DNA of 64,000 nucleotides from Balanoglossus misakiensis (GCA_040954595.2 CM082590.2:4836001-4900000), one strand, 5' to 3'; numbered from the stretch's first letter, positions 33,029 through 45,760 are shown. The notes: generated by a model from the letters alone, not told the origin. Made by a program: numbers and translations.

Positions 33029-36000
33029 CTGTAAAATACAAAGACATATCAGACACCAACACTGCAGTACTAGTTAATGAATGTGAATTTTTTGTGTATC
33101 GTAATCAGCAATACAGTTACTTTTCGGGTTTATTTGAAGATGTACGTAATTATGCAAATTAAATAAAAAAAACACTGTTGGTTTTGTTATTTATTATTAC
33201 GATACCTTTCATATCACTAGTCATAAACTTTTCAATGGGACACCATGACAGTTGCGATGATCAATGGCTTATGTGCAAAACAACATTTACATCAGAGAAG
33301 CAATAATGTTTCGGATTGGTAGTTTAGAATATTGCTACATAAATTCGCCTTATGTGTAAATGCCGGATATTTTACCACTATGGGGAAAAGTGTCCTGCGG
33401 CTTAATCTGTCGATAATAGTATTGGACCGTAAGATAAATCTTAGGATTTTAGCCTTCCTGAACGAAAGTCGAATATCTCATGTCCCTTCTACAAAAATAT
33501 TTCAGTGCCTATGATGGCACATTTCAATCGATCGGTCGTTGATGGGGTGTTTTTACAGGACCTTGAAGGATTTAGCCTGGAGCAGAGCATCTCGATTCCA
33601 CCGTTCTCTTTATTGTACTCAGGAGTGATGCTGGGCGACCATACAACGTTGGGCGATCTCCTTTAAAAGTTATTTACAACATCGACAAACAACAGCAAGG
33701 AATGCTTCATTGTGTTTTTAAAATATTATCATCATCATCACCATCAACACCATCATTATTTCATCAACAACAACAAACAAACAATCACTGTCCACTGTAA
33801 GTTTACAGCGATGCATGTACAGATATGACATGACTGCGATCGCCATGCAACCACAGGTAACTATTACGCGTGCGCGAGTGGCACTGTGTGCACACTCAAA
33901 TCTCTCTAGTTTGAGATAATCCGAACTGATATTTGGTGTCAATTCAAATACGCGAAATCGAACATTATAAGAGGTTGTTAAACGAAGTGAAATGTGAGAT
34001 AGACTTCAAGAGTACCACTGCTTTAACCCACCGACTGTACTGCTCAGATCCGTCTGCACCGAAAATGATATTCTTATACACTTAAACAAACAGATGGAAC
34101 ACACGGTAGATATTTCTACAAGGAAATGCCTTGTGTTAAATCATTTCTATACATGTGAAAACTGTTTCATCACGTTTAATGAACGGAGGGATCTTCACAA
34201 ATCTACTGTATGCAAACAACGCCTCTGGTTGGAATGTGACAGTCGGGACAATTGTCATGGTTTTCTTGTGTTAAACTTTAAGTTCTCGTGGGGCTGAGAC
34301 TGACATAAGACGGCATTACGATAGTGATAGTAAGAGCACGAGCATCATTTTGTCATTAGGACTGCCGCTTATAGTGAGGGCGGCGTAACCAACATTTTCA
34401 TATCAAGTGGCTCAGATGGGTGTTTATGTGTAATAGACAAATTCCCATAGAGAGCCAATAAATATCTGTTAACGTTAAAGGGTGGCCATGGCAACTATTT
34501 TAACACTAGTTTAATTATACAGTAGTAAAAAGCGTTAGCGTTACGTCCACTAGAAGTCGACCACTTCCCCATTGTTAGCTTGCGTTACACGGCCTCCACC
34601 GGTCGCCTACCGCCGGGAACTCACAGACCTGTACGCAGGGCTAGGAACACACATTCATGTACGCACAGAAACATACGCCACAACCCAACACAGAACTCAG
34701 CACTCGGCATGAACTGAAATAGGCAAATGCTCCAGCAAAGCCAGAGTTATGACCGTATGTACATGTAGACTCATACACGGCCGCCAAGCAGAAAATTCGT
34801 TTTCGGGATTTTGACAAATAACATCGGAGGAGGCAAGTGACAGGCAAACATCAGGAAACAGATTATGTCTCATCACAGTCTTTCGGGGACGGTGTGATTT
34901 CAATATTACCTACACGTGGTGGGAAAGTATTTAATATAAAATTTAATATATTTAATATAACGCATGGTGACAGCAATACGTGGCAAGCCAAGTTCTGACA
35001 GGAACATTGCGATATTATTGGTGAACTTGTAGGGCTTCCTTGCAGCTAGCAATGCGCGGAATTAGCATATCCTCCGGCGGAACAGCTGCATTTCCACAAC
35101 TACTGAACCCAACTCTGAAAAGGTTGGATTTTCAGAGATTTGCACTTACTTTCATTCCATTCTTCGTACAACGGAAGATGTGGAACATGTTTTGCTTTAC
35201 AAAAATCTATGCTTTTCACTAGCTCCCCCTTCATTTGCATAATACGCCCTTTTCGGTAAAAACAAACTGTACCAGGAAACGCCTACACTAGATGATTTCA
35301 TGTTTTTGTACAAACACAGAGAAATAAACTGTCAGGTTTAATCCCCCTGAAATTTTTCCTTGCCTTTATGCAATATACACAATGATTTTTCAAGACATCG
35401 ACCGACAGCGTTATGGCAAGTATCCATGGCTGTTTAGCCAACATCGCGAAACTTATTATAGGCTTATATTGAGCATTTGTGAACAGATACACAGTTAGGC
35501 ATAGGTCACACTATACATGTACAGGGCTCACTCGATATAATCGTGTCAACAATGGCGCAATTCAAGCGCCTGTACCACCTGTTGCAATTGTCTCTACAAC
35601 AAGCTGACTGACTAAATATACTTGGAATCGGACAACAGTGTGATAAGGTTTATCAGCGGAATCTAACCGACGTGCCAAGCTCAATGCAATGCAGGGCCGG
35701 GTTAACGCAGATTTGAGTCTTAGCCAGGCTGGCTTCTCTAGCTTGAGTGGTCGTCGCGTCGAACGCTCTGCATGGATGATACACGTCCTCCTATACCAGC
35801 GCAAATCCCACTGCAGTTGCCACGACTTAGTAGGATGTTCAGTTGCTATCATGCCCAGTCTACGCTACAGTGGGCGGCTTCCTTCATTCAAAAAAATAAT
35901 TCTAAAAATAGAATTTCAGGGATTTGTGGGCAATTTTTTTTCCAACAAACAATGCACAAAAGCGCAGCGCGACGAGAGCTTCTGTTTGAAGTTTTATAAC

Positions 36001-36129
36001 CAGTTTGTATAATTTAATGCGGGGTGGCAGGCTAAATATTTATTGATCATTACTGGAATAGAGGATTTCTTTCATGCTGTTATCAGTAAGAGGGGCTCTC
36101 GTTTATTGGTCCTATATTATGATACACAC

Positions 36130-37200
36130 TAATATTTACATATAAATCTGCTGATCTTGATCTCACATTCAACAAAACAAACAAATTAATTTCTCTTTTT
36201 AAATCATGACAAACTGTTCTTTTAAAGAAAAAATACATTGAAATATTATTTTTTTAAGAATCCATAATTAACAAGACAGGCTGTAATTGGTAAAATTAGG
36301 TTGTAACGTCTAATTTGTTATGAAGAAGGTAGAGGGATAGACGTTAATTATTTATTTTTATTTACCTGCGTTCAAAAATGTGTGATATTTATAACAAAAC
36401 GTGTCAGCTGATGTGTGAGTGTAGAATAGAATTGGTGTGATTACAGTAACTTACGTTGGTCTGCATATCGATGCTGACATTGGATTGCAGTAGAAGTCCA
36501 ACCACGTCACCATGGCCATTCCATGCTGCTAAGTGTAACGGCGCCCAACCATCCTGTGGGAATACAACAAAATTGTGTCACTGAAAATCCCTGACTATAA
36601 GCGTATAATGGAACACGCAATGTTTCATTATAAGCATGCATTGTAACATACATTCTGAAACATTCAATTGTGAGATGGCACATGTTTTGCCAAAACTTTT
36701 TTTGGGGGTGGGGGGATAAATTAATAGTAGGATACATCCCAGTCCCCCACGTAATGGACATGAATGCATGATGTGGTGATAGGGCTCTGTCCTTTGAGGG
36801 TACATTAACATCACATGTATTCGTTTTCTTGAGATTTATGATACACGCGTGTGTTGTTTTCATATGAAGATGCCCTCTGTACAATCACTCAAACTGACAA
36901 TGATTTAAATATTATAAAAGCCTAGACAGCAGTTTCATTACCCCTTAAAAGAGCTTTTGCATCAGCCAATCAAAGAACACCAATTATGAATCACAGGTAA
37001 GAAATATGCGGACCCACTATTGACATTCAAATGATTATGGTGGACTTCAGCCAGACAACTTTTTGTAGTCTCGCCAGCCAGACCTCTCTCTCTGTCATTC
37101 GACGGCATAGCTACATGAAGTGCGCCACGAGCAGCGAGGCCGGGAGAATTGAGCGGCGAAGACGGCCTCGCCGCTTGAGGCGCACTTCATGTGCCTGTGC
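36130..37200. repeat. Copy B of the intragenic ankyrin-exon duplication
   Basis: Colinear with 29790-30800. Confidence 0.9.
36455..36553 (-). CDS. Roco gene ankyrin exon 3 (99 nt): DGWAPLHLAAWNGHGDVVGLLLQSNVSIDMQTN
   Basis: ccacag| acceptor and |gtaagt donor; 33 codons; ankyrin consensus PLHLAA..GH. Confidence 0.92.
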
Positions 37201-37893
37201 GCGGCGTCGACTGAAAGAATCACAATTTGTAGATTTTCGGTTGAAAAGTCATCCCAAGTTTGTTTTTTTTCCGTTGAAAAGTGACCCTTCTGGGTGACAC
37301 ATACCCGTACACCTTCCTATGGGAGAACCCCCCCCCCCCCGGCCTGTTGTGCAGGATACATGGCACCCCGACATTTTACAATTATTTATTTTCGGAGCTT
37401 TAGTTCACTATTTCGCTTCGCCGTTGTTACTGACAGCTATTACACTACAGTTTGTTTAAATATAAAATAAATGTGTCATCGTGCATGTAGCAATAGTTCA
37501 TGGTTAGGTCCCTAACTTTCCGGTCAAAAAGTTAACTATTGATAGATTATTTATCGAAAAATCTAATTACGAATTTCGATATGAACACCCTGATCCCAAC
37601 CTCTCGAATTACTCGACGTTTTAATAAAATATTGCTTTATAGTGGTATGGTCTTCAAAAGTGAATTGGATGGTCTCAAAAGAGATAAGAATTAAACTTGG
37701 CCGCAGGTATAGCCACGGTCCAAAAACTTTCCCTCAAACTCTTTCATACTCTTCATAATCCTATTATGTGTGTCAGTTTATTGCAGTAACACTGGTTTCA
37801 TGATTGACATCCCAAAGGTCATCAACACTACAGTACAGTGTCACCTTTTTGGCCGTTCGGGCTATTGGTGAGTGAGCATGTAAAGCCACTTAC

Positions 37894-37992
37894 CGCATTC
37901 TTAGCATTGACGTCAGCTCCATGGTCGATCAACACTTGTGCCGCTTCCAGTTTATTTTCCCAGGCTGCAGCATGCAATGCTGTGGATTCATC
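37894..37992 (-). CDS. Roco gene ankyrin exon 2 (99 nt): DESTALHAAAWENKLEAAQVLIDHGADVNAKNA
   Basis: aatttcag| acceptor and |gtaagt donor; 33 codons; TALHAAA...LIDHGADVN is a canonical ankyrin repeat. Confidence 0.94.
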
Positions 37993-38698
37993 CTGAAATT
38001 GACAAATTCATTTGAATTAAAATAAACACAAGCTATGTTCCAATGTTGGACTTGTAAGGTGACATGGCTATAATTTCATTGGAATCGATTTGTAACTATA
38101 AGTGTTGACTGATATTATGAGTTAAATGTGTGTAGCATCTATAGTTGTTTCAGACCAAAACTCTATTGTTTCAGAGAACATTTATAACCTGTCCTGTAGA
38201 TATTTCTAACAAGTGTAATACTATAAAATTCTAATATAATGTAGCGCACTATACATGTTTATGCACAATCATTGGTGCAACAGGTCTTAATATCATTTCA
38301 TAAATTACATTGATATGTTCAAATTTTCAAACACACCAAGTACTCTAACAGATGAACATGGCTGACGTGATACACCAGACACATTTAATCCCTCGTTTTT
38401 CTCTGTTGATGTAAGTTGAAGTCTGGCCCGCTATGAACCCAACATTGGCATGGGACATCTTGAAATTTTCAATCACACTAAGTACTCTAACATAGACACA
38501 AGACGGACGTGATACACCCGACACACACAATCCCCTGTTTCTCTGTTGATGTAAGTTAATATTTAGGTATAGCCTGCTATGAACCCAACGTTGGTACATA
38601 TGGTACATCAATGTTATAATTATTTAATGTTGCTAGGAAACATCAGAAAAAGAATTGTCAAAACCAGCGTGGACATTTCTCTCAAATGTGTCTTTTTT

Positions 38699-40055
38699 AG
38701 GTCCCATTGGTATATACCATGGGACCTTATGGGATCGGTTGCGTCTGTATGTATGTATGGATCGATGTATGGATGTATGTCTGTATGTCCGTCCACATCA
38801 AAAACTTGAAAACCGCTGCGTGTATCACCTTGATATTTGGTGTGTAGATGCAGGCAGGGCTGTAGATGGGAGTTTGTTCAAAAGTTGTCATTGCCAAAAC
38901 AATGCAAATTAGTTGGGAAAATGTGAAATTGGTCAAAACTCAAAAACTCGACAACCACAGGTCATATTGTTGTGAAAATTGGTATGCATGTACCTTATGT
39001 CAACCTCATACAGTCCTGTATGTTTTGAGCTAACATTATCGATTTCCTATTTTTTATGCATTTTTTTGTATTTTTCCATGTTATTGGTAAAAAGTCTTCA
39101 TTTCTGAAAGTGATGGGCTTACTTCTTAGCATGAAGCTTCCTAATGGTTGTCTGAGTAACCATAGTTTTGTTCAAACTGTTGCAAAATTTGCATATTTAT
39201 AATTTTGAGCAATATTTGCCATTTTTGGTCAATTTTTTTTTCTTTAAAACCGCATGCCAGATTGCTTTGCAATTTGGTAGGCATGTTCGTAGGGGTAATC
39301 TAAGTAAAATGTTGTAAAAAAAGTGATATTTGCATAAATGTGTTATCGGGGAAACTTTTGCAATTTTTGTCAAAAATTGTTTTCTCTGAAACCGCTTGTC
39401 ATATTGCATTGAACTTTGGCAGGCAGGTTCCTTGTAGTGATTGATGTAAGATATTGTACAATTTTGATGATATTTGCATATTTGTGTTTTTGCCACTTTT
39501 GAAATTTTGGATGTAATTTCATAACACATACATGCATATGTGCAACTTTTATTTAATTCTGATGTCAGAAGTATTTAATATTTAGCGAGTTTTTTGTAAG
39601 TTTCTTTGTTTTGGTTAGCAAATCTTCTCCTAAACCAATTGTCCAGTTGTTTTTAAAGTTACTATTTACAAGGAGTTGTTACCCCGAACTAAGACATGCT
39701 TACATAACTTTAATAGGCCAGCTGTTACAGAGACCACCAGCTATTAAATTTTAATTACCAGTGGCAGGTCAGTGTGTGTCTGTCTGTGTGTCTGTTCCAG
39801 GGCTGACTGAAAGAAGTTGCTTCTCATATGTGTTTGTACAGACAATTTTGGTCAATTTTTTTCTAGTATCACTTGTAAGACTGCCATGACACATGACAGT
39901 TTATTGGGCATGTTCCTTGTTAATTTTTTTACATTCCATATTTCTTTATGGTAAGATCATATCTGCTTGCAATGTCACCTGTAATTTCTATTCTGGTGTG
40001 TCACTATTTCTGCATAATCCTCAAATGGGACCACAGTGTCCTTGACGCTATTTTT
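38699..40055 (+). mobile_element. Single complete HINE/DINE-1-like (Helentron-associated) element in an intron
   Basis: 5' subTIR/hairpin ggtcccattggtatataccatgggacc, then a (gtat/gtcc)n microsatellite. 3' subTIR aatgggacc followed by stem-loop agtgtc-ctt-gacgct. T runs on both flanks. Confidence 0.8.
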
Positions 40056-40240
40056 TAAAAGCGTTTTTGTATCCATTGAATGGAACTGAAATCACATATG
40101 TCTGGTTCACTGAATTTAACAAAAAACATAAAAGGAAAATTGTGGTCGCGCAAATAAGTGTGAAAGTGGAGTTCACTAAACAAATTGAATTAGCCCTTCT
40201 AATAAACGTAAGAACTTTGTTTGTTGAATTTATGTGACAA

Positions 40241-40414
40241 ATCTGATTAAAATCAGATGTAGAGTTAGGCGTTGTCTTTACCTGTGGTGATCATTTTGGC
40301 TGTTCTGTTCTCTGTCTTGGCCGTTCTCAGGTGGACGGCCCCTATCCGAACAGAAAAGCCAAGAATCAGCAATATTAAAGACACCGCCTAATTCTACATC
40401 CGATTTAATCAGAT
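40241..40414. repeat. Imperfect foldback element
   Basis: Arms atctgattaaaatcagatgtagagttaggcgttgtcttta / taaagacaccgcctaattctacatccgatttaatcagat. Confidence 0.65.
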
Positions 40415-41317
40415 AGTTTTGTCCCTAAGCTTACAATAACACAATCACTAGCTTCCTTCACAAACAAAGATGTCGTCCAAATGGCAACTCTCCAGCCTGC
40501 AATGACACAGATTCTACATATTCTTCGGGTGTCCGCAAATGAAACATTTCAGCTTGGCCTTGTCACGACTCTGATATTCTCCCTGTATTCCCCATAGACA
40601 AGCACTAAGTCCTTACTCTGGCATTGTTCTATGTCCATCGAGGAACAGTAACACGTTCATCTCCAATCATGTGTGTTCATTCACTCAAGTAATTTATACA
40701 GCAAAGATATCCATCGAAGAGACAGAGGAAATAAATATTACAATCAATCAACAGCTGACCAACCTCATAGATTCAAATCACGCCTGAAGAATACACTTGT
40801 AATACAAACACCACAGACTAAAGAAATCTGCACTTTTTGTTTATGAGGGCAATCAACGGCAATCTTTTCCATGACCATATTTACCTGAATTCCGATCGAC
40901 TTACGACCCGGTATTTTAATATGTACGTTGTGTCGCTTTTTGGGGTTTTAATTTTTTGAACACACTCATTTATTATAACATTTTCATTCATCTAGAATTG
41001 TCAACAACTGCGCCACAGACTGTTACTGGTCACAATATATGGATACTTGGACATTTCATTCAACACTATGTTCTTATTCATTTTGGTTTCAAATTTACTT
41101 TCTAACATCAAATTGCTATGAGAGAAACAAAGGAGGAAACAAGCTTTATTTCCTGACAAGTTTTCTATTTCAAATGCATTAAGTTGGTATATCAAACACA
41201 GGAAAGGTTTGTGTTCATCAATAAAGTCAAGGTCAAATCGTTTGCCGCTTCAGATTCGTTACCTGTGTGACTTGGTTGTACGTGTGAAATGCTCAGTGAG
41301 GTAGTGTAAATACTTAC

Positions 41318-41416
41318 CTTGCCAAGGTATACACCCTTTGCATTGACATCATACCCATCAGTTATCAACGATTGAATCTTTGCAACATCACCCTTCCCTG
41401 CAGCATCGAAGAGAAC
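41318..41416 (-). CDS. Roco gene ankyrin exon 1 (99 nt): VLFDAAGKGDVAKIQSLITDGYDVNAKGVYLGK
   Basis: ttacag| acceptor and |gtaagt donor; 33 codons; N-cap-type ankyrin LFDAA..GD....L...G.DVN. Confidence 0.92.
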
Positions 41417-42149
41417 CTGTAACATTCAGTGAAACATACAATTGTTATTTTTTTAGTAATCCTTTAAAAATAAAATTCTTCAGAATTTTAACTGATCTTC
41501 GATAATGAACAAACAAAATCACAAAAACCGAAAGAGCGATAGCTAAACTGTTACATCACATTGTTTAAACTTTGCGCATCGATGATATGGCAATGTATTC
41601 TAATTACACATAAACGTACACGGCTTACACCAAAATATAGGTACATGTACTGTAAAATGCCCGGGTGAGCCCATGGACTCATGATAAGGCAACGGTCTCA
41701 AGAGAACGGTGAAGAAATGAAATGAGAGTATCACTGTGAATGTTTGTCCAAACTGTGTGAGCAAGTTATTGTGTAGCTGTAGTAGTGTGTGGGTCGTGCG
41801 ACAGCTTTGTATACCTGGTCGCTGATGTGCTTCCCAAGAAGCATTTTTGACTGTGTGATAGGATTTGCATGATTTCCATAAAAGAAATGTGAAGAAGGTA
41901 ATGGTCAATTCACTGGCTAGCCACTCTATTGTTATAGTCTACAGATCTGGGACGTCGTCATGTTGGTCAGAACATGGAATCAACAACCGACGGTCAGCAA
42001 AGAACGTCACAGCACGGCTGTCACTACATGGCCAAACAGATAACACTTGTTTCCGTTGTGATCAGCCACAAAGTTATGGTTGACGTAGACAAGCTGCTTT
42101 CTATCGGTTAGAATGTCTCATTTTTATAGTAGTTAACCGTATGCGCTTA

Positions 42150-42345
42150 GGGACTGGTCAGTTTCTTCGGCCTGGAGTGGATTCTATTTTGTGGATATCC
42201 AAAAGTGACTGACCGCTCCCCTCCTTCATTGACCATACAAAAGTGGGTGAAACCCCGCCCCCACCCCAATCACCTAATTCCAAAACAGGGTGACCTCTCC
42301 CATGAATACACCGCCCCACCCAGGGCAAAGAAACTGACCAGTCCC
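42150..42345. mobile_element. PIF/Harbinger-like MITE (~196 bp)
   Basis: TIR gggactggtcagtttctt / aagaaactgaccagtccc with TTA on both sides. Confidence 0.85.
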
Positions 42346-43368
42346 TTATTTCGAGATTTTTATGTCATTATTCTTTGGAGTTGTGGATAATTCATGCACG
42401 CGCACAATATCCCTTCACGGGAGTTTTAATCGCGAATAATACATGGTGAAAACATCGCTGAAAGGAAACCATTCCATCGGTGAAATTCTGATCACAAAAT
42501 ACTGGAATTGCAACAAAAGGAAAACAATGAACGACATTCCAGGTTAACGACAACCGGCCCATAATGCGCTACTGAGCACAAGATGTCTGACTTGTAAATT
42601 TGTACAAATGAAGAACTTGCTGGTGTATACCCTCCCACCGTTTTGTACATGAAGGCAGAAGACAATAAACAACACTGACATGAACTAGTACCTCAATAAT
42701 TTTGTTTGTAGACAACTGTTTATTAGAAATAAAAGAACTGATGCATGGTGTACCTTAATCTTACGTTGGATTGGGATTAAAGCGTTCATTAGCAACTTCT
42801 TCACTATGGTATATTAGTGTCACGAGTTTTGGAACAAACATTCTGTGATGAAAATATTGTTTATTGTCAATAGATATCACAACTTCATGTTTACACACGC
42901 ACCGATTTAATTTAATTTTTTGGGGGGTTACAACAAATATGTGTTCTTGGAGAGAGTCAGTGTAAAAACGTCGAGGGGATAAATATTCATTTCTTTTTGT
43001 TCTTCCAAACTTAAGCGAGCGGTTTGGGTTAAATGAAAGTAGTTGCAATTGACATGCCTCACTTTATGCATTATTTTCGTGATTTTACTATCAAAGTTCG
43101 GTTGGTTTATTAAAAAAAAACTGTTGTGTCGTCTGTCGGCAAAGGATACGGAGAAGATTGAGACAGCTCTTGGGGGAATAATAATTATCCACGACCCCTT
43201 ATGATCAACACCATGCGTGCATCACCACTCATTTCAGGTCAAAGGTTATCATCATTCGACATGGCGTCAATCTGACTGTCCTAGACCCCTTAAAGCAACT
43301 GTCGTCACTGCCAGACTTTGTTGCCCTTGGTGTTAAATGTCAGTTGTTACAGTTAAAAGTTCACTTAC

Positions 43369-43398
43369 CTGCGGTTCCTTACGTTTTCCCGACGGCAT
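43369..43398 (-). CDS. Probable first coding exon of the Roco gene: MPSGKRKEPQ
   Basis: ATG at 43398 in the context aaacATG, with a perfect donor cag|gtaagt in phase 0, matching the next exon. An acceptor (ttcttacag|) at 43428-29 suggests an upstream exon also exists. Confidence 0.7.
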
Positions 43399-43860
43399 GT
43401 TTACGTCATTGACATTGTGTTGGAATACTGTAAGAATCTGGATCAGTAGCAGCGCTCTCTAGAGTTGAACAAGTCACCTTCTTATGTGTTCAAAATGGCG
43501 TTGACTACCTGGTCAGGTGATGTTGACAAAATTTTCAAGACATAGTCTGATAAATGAGAAAGTACGTTAAAACAACAAAAAATACCGGCACTTGGTCTAA
43601 GTTCATGACATCATAGAACTGTGACATATACAATGTACGTCAATACTATGGTGACGTCACAGCATAATTCATTCAATGTGTTTGTTTCTGAGTTAATCAC
43701 AAGATTTGTCGGCACACTCAAAGGACATGTTAATGACAGTATGAGCAATATATCACGTGAATGAAATGACATATCTCCACTTCGCAATACTCAGTCCAGG
43801 ACTATGACATCACTCTAGGCAATGAAACGCGATCATGATGACTATGATTCTAACTGAACC

Positions 43861-45005
43861 TGGTCTGCCACACACTTCAACTACATAAAGCGTTCGGGCG
43901 TTCCTCGCAGGTTTCCCTGAGCGTGGTTATGCTCTGGCCCGGTAGAATTAGTAAGGTAACGCGCCGTGTCTGTGTTTTTTAAGCAGGCGCGGTGTATAAA
44001 TCCTAGAGACAGGAGGGAGGGCTGCAGGCATTCTCCTGTCTCCATGCGGTATATACCGCTCCCGTGTAAAGGAGACCGACACGGTGCGTTCCCTAGCTTA
44101 CACGGCGGGGCCAGAGCATAACCACGCCTGGGGAAGCCTGCGAGGAACGCACGCATGCTCTATAGTTGAAGTGTGTGGCAGACCACTAATCCCCCTTATA
44201 TAGAGTTCTGGCACGCGTACACACGGAGGGACAATCAAATCTGTTTCCATGTACAGGATTTTGACCCTCACCCCTCGGAAATTAAGATGCCACCAGGTCC
44301 CGTTGAGCCCAGTGCCACCGTACTTACTGTAGGCGACGACGGCGAAACCTCGGAGGAGCTGACAACGGCCAAAGACGGTGCGGGCGCTTCTATTCCTAGT
44401 CTAAAATTTGAAGTTCAAAATGACCGCCAATCTCTCTGTTAATGATGCGAACAGTACGAAAAACATTTTCCAATTTCCGAATAACCTCTTTTTTACATAA
44501 TTATTGCTGAAAAGGGTAGAATATTATGAAAATATTGACAACCACTCCCCCTTATACATCTATAGAGTTCTGGCTAGCCTAACCGCTTATAGGACATCGA
44601 CACGGCACGTTCCCTATTCTAACTCGGCGGGGGACCTCGCTCTAGTCCCCGCCAGGTTAGATAGGGAACGTGCCGTGTCGATGTCCTTTAAGCGGTTACG
44701 CTAGCCAGAACTCTATAGATGTATAAGGGGTGAGTGGTGGTCTGCCACACACTACCACTGCATTGAACATACGGGCATTGCTCGCAGGCTTCCCCGGGCG
44801 TGGTTAGGCTCTGGCCCCGCTGAGTTAGAAGGGAACCCGCCGTGTCGGTGTCCTTTACATAGGAGCGGTATATAATGCATGGAGACAGGAGAAGGAGGGG
44901 CGACTGGCGTGTCGCCTCTCCAGGCTTCCCCTGGCGGGACCTCGCCCAAGTCCCCGCCGAGTTGGAAAGGGAATGCACCGTTTCAGTGTCTGTAAGCAGG
45001 CGCAG
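43861..45005. repeat. Cluster of GC-rich foldbacks built from shared modules
   Basis: Foldback 43861-44185 (23-bp perfect outer arms tggtctgccacacacttcaacta), foldback 44541-44738, then a diverged copy of the first foldback's left part from 44738. Confidence 0.8.
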
Positions 45006-45329
45006 TCTGGAGGCAAACCTTGTCGTAAATCTGATCATTAAGAAACAATGTGTAGCAGAGTGAATTAGTTCAATGGTTTCATCACATAATGTGATTCCTA
45101 TTCAGAAAAGTGTAATCATTTGGCGAAATAGTGGCTTTAAAAAATCGATAACTTTACACTTGGTCACATTTCAAATTTATTTTTTTTGCGCGATAATGTG
45201 ATCAGTTACTGATCAGCTGTGTACATCTATTCATCCAGTGATCAATTCATACCTGACCTGGTGCTTATTTTAATGACTAGTATAATACTGGTATCGGCGT
45301 TATATTGTATTTCTGTACGTTTTGGCACC

Positions 45330-45760
45330 ATTGGTGTTAATCTCACATTCATAATCTTTGATAGCAAACTCCTTCCAATCTTACTGTATAGAAGGGAAGT
45401 TTGGGGTTTCTATATAAGGCTGACCAAATTGAAATAGTCCATAACAAATTTTGTCGTTTTATTGTTAGATTGTATGGCAATGCGACTACTACCACAGTTA
45501 GGGGTGAGTTAGGGCGTTTTACAATACGTACATGTAGGCTTTGACTTGGAAGGATGATCAAAAATTGGCTGCGCTTACTTTCAATGCCACCGAAACGTAA
45601 TATTGTGCACATGTTATATTTGTTCAATACAAAGAAGCTGAAACTTGTCAACCATGTTTGAATATGATGTTATGATGTTGTTGTTCTCCCTTGGTATGGG
45701 GGAAACATGGCTTAACCTAGGTGTGGGTAGTGATGTCAATTTTATCAATTTATTATTTAT
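45330..45760 (+). pseudogene. Degenerate LINE RT C-terminal fragment (same general family as 62144-62908)
   Basis: Translates to IFDSKLLPILLYRREVWGF then, after disruption, VRGELGR-like sequence. Parallels VFDAMILPILCYGSEIWGF...VIGECGR. Confidence 0.65.

Noticed and set aside
38335-38600. ~140-bp imperfect tandem duplication in an intron
   Set aside because: Ordinary local duplication with no further structure.
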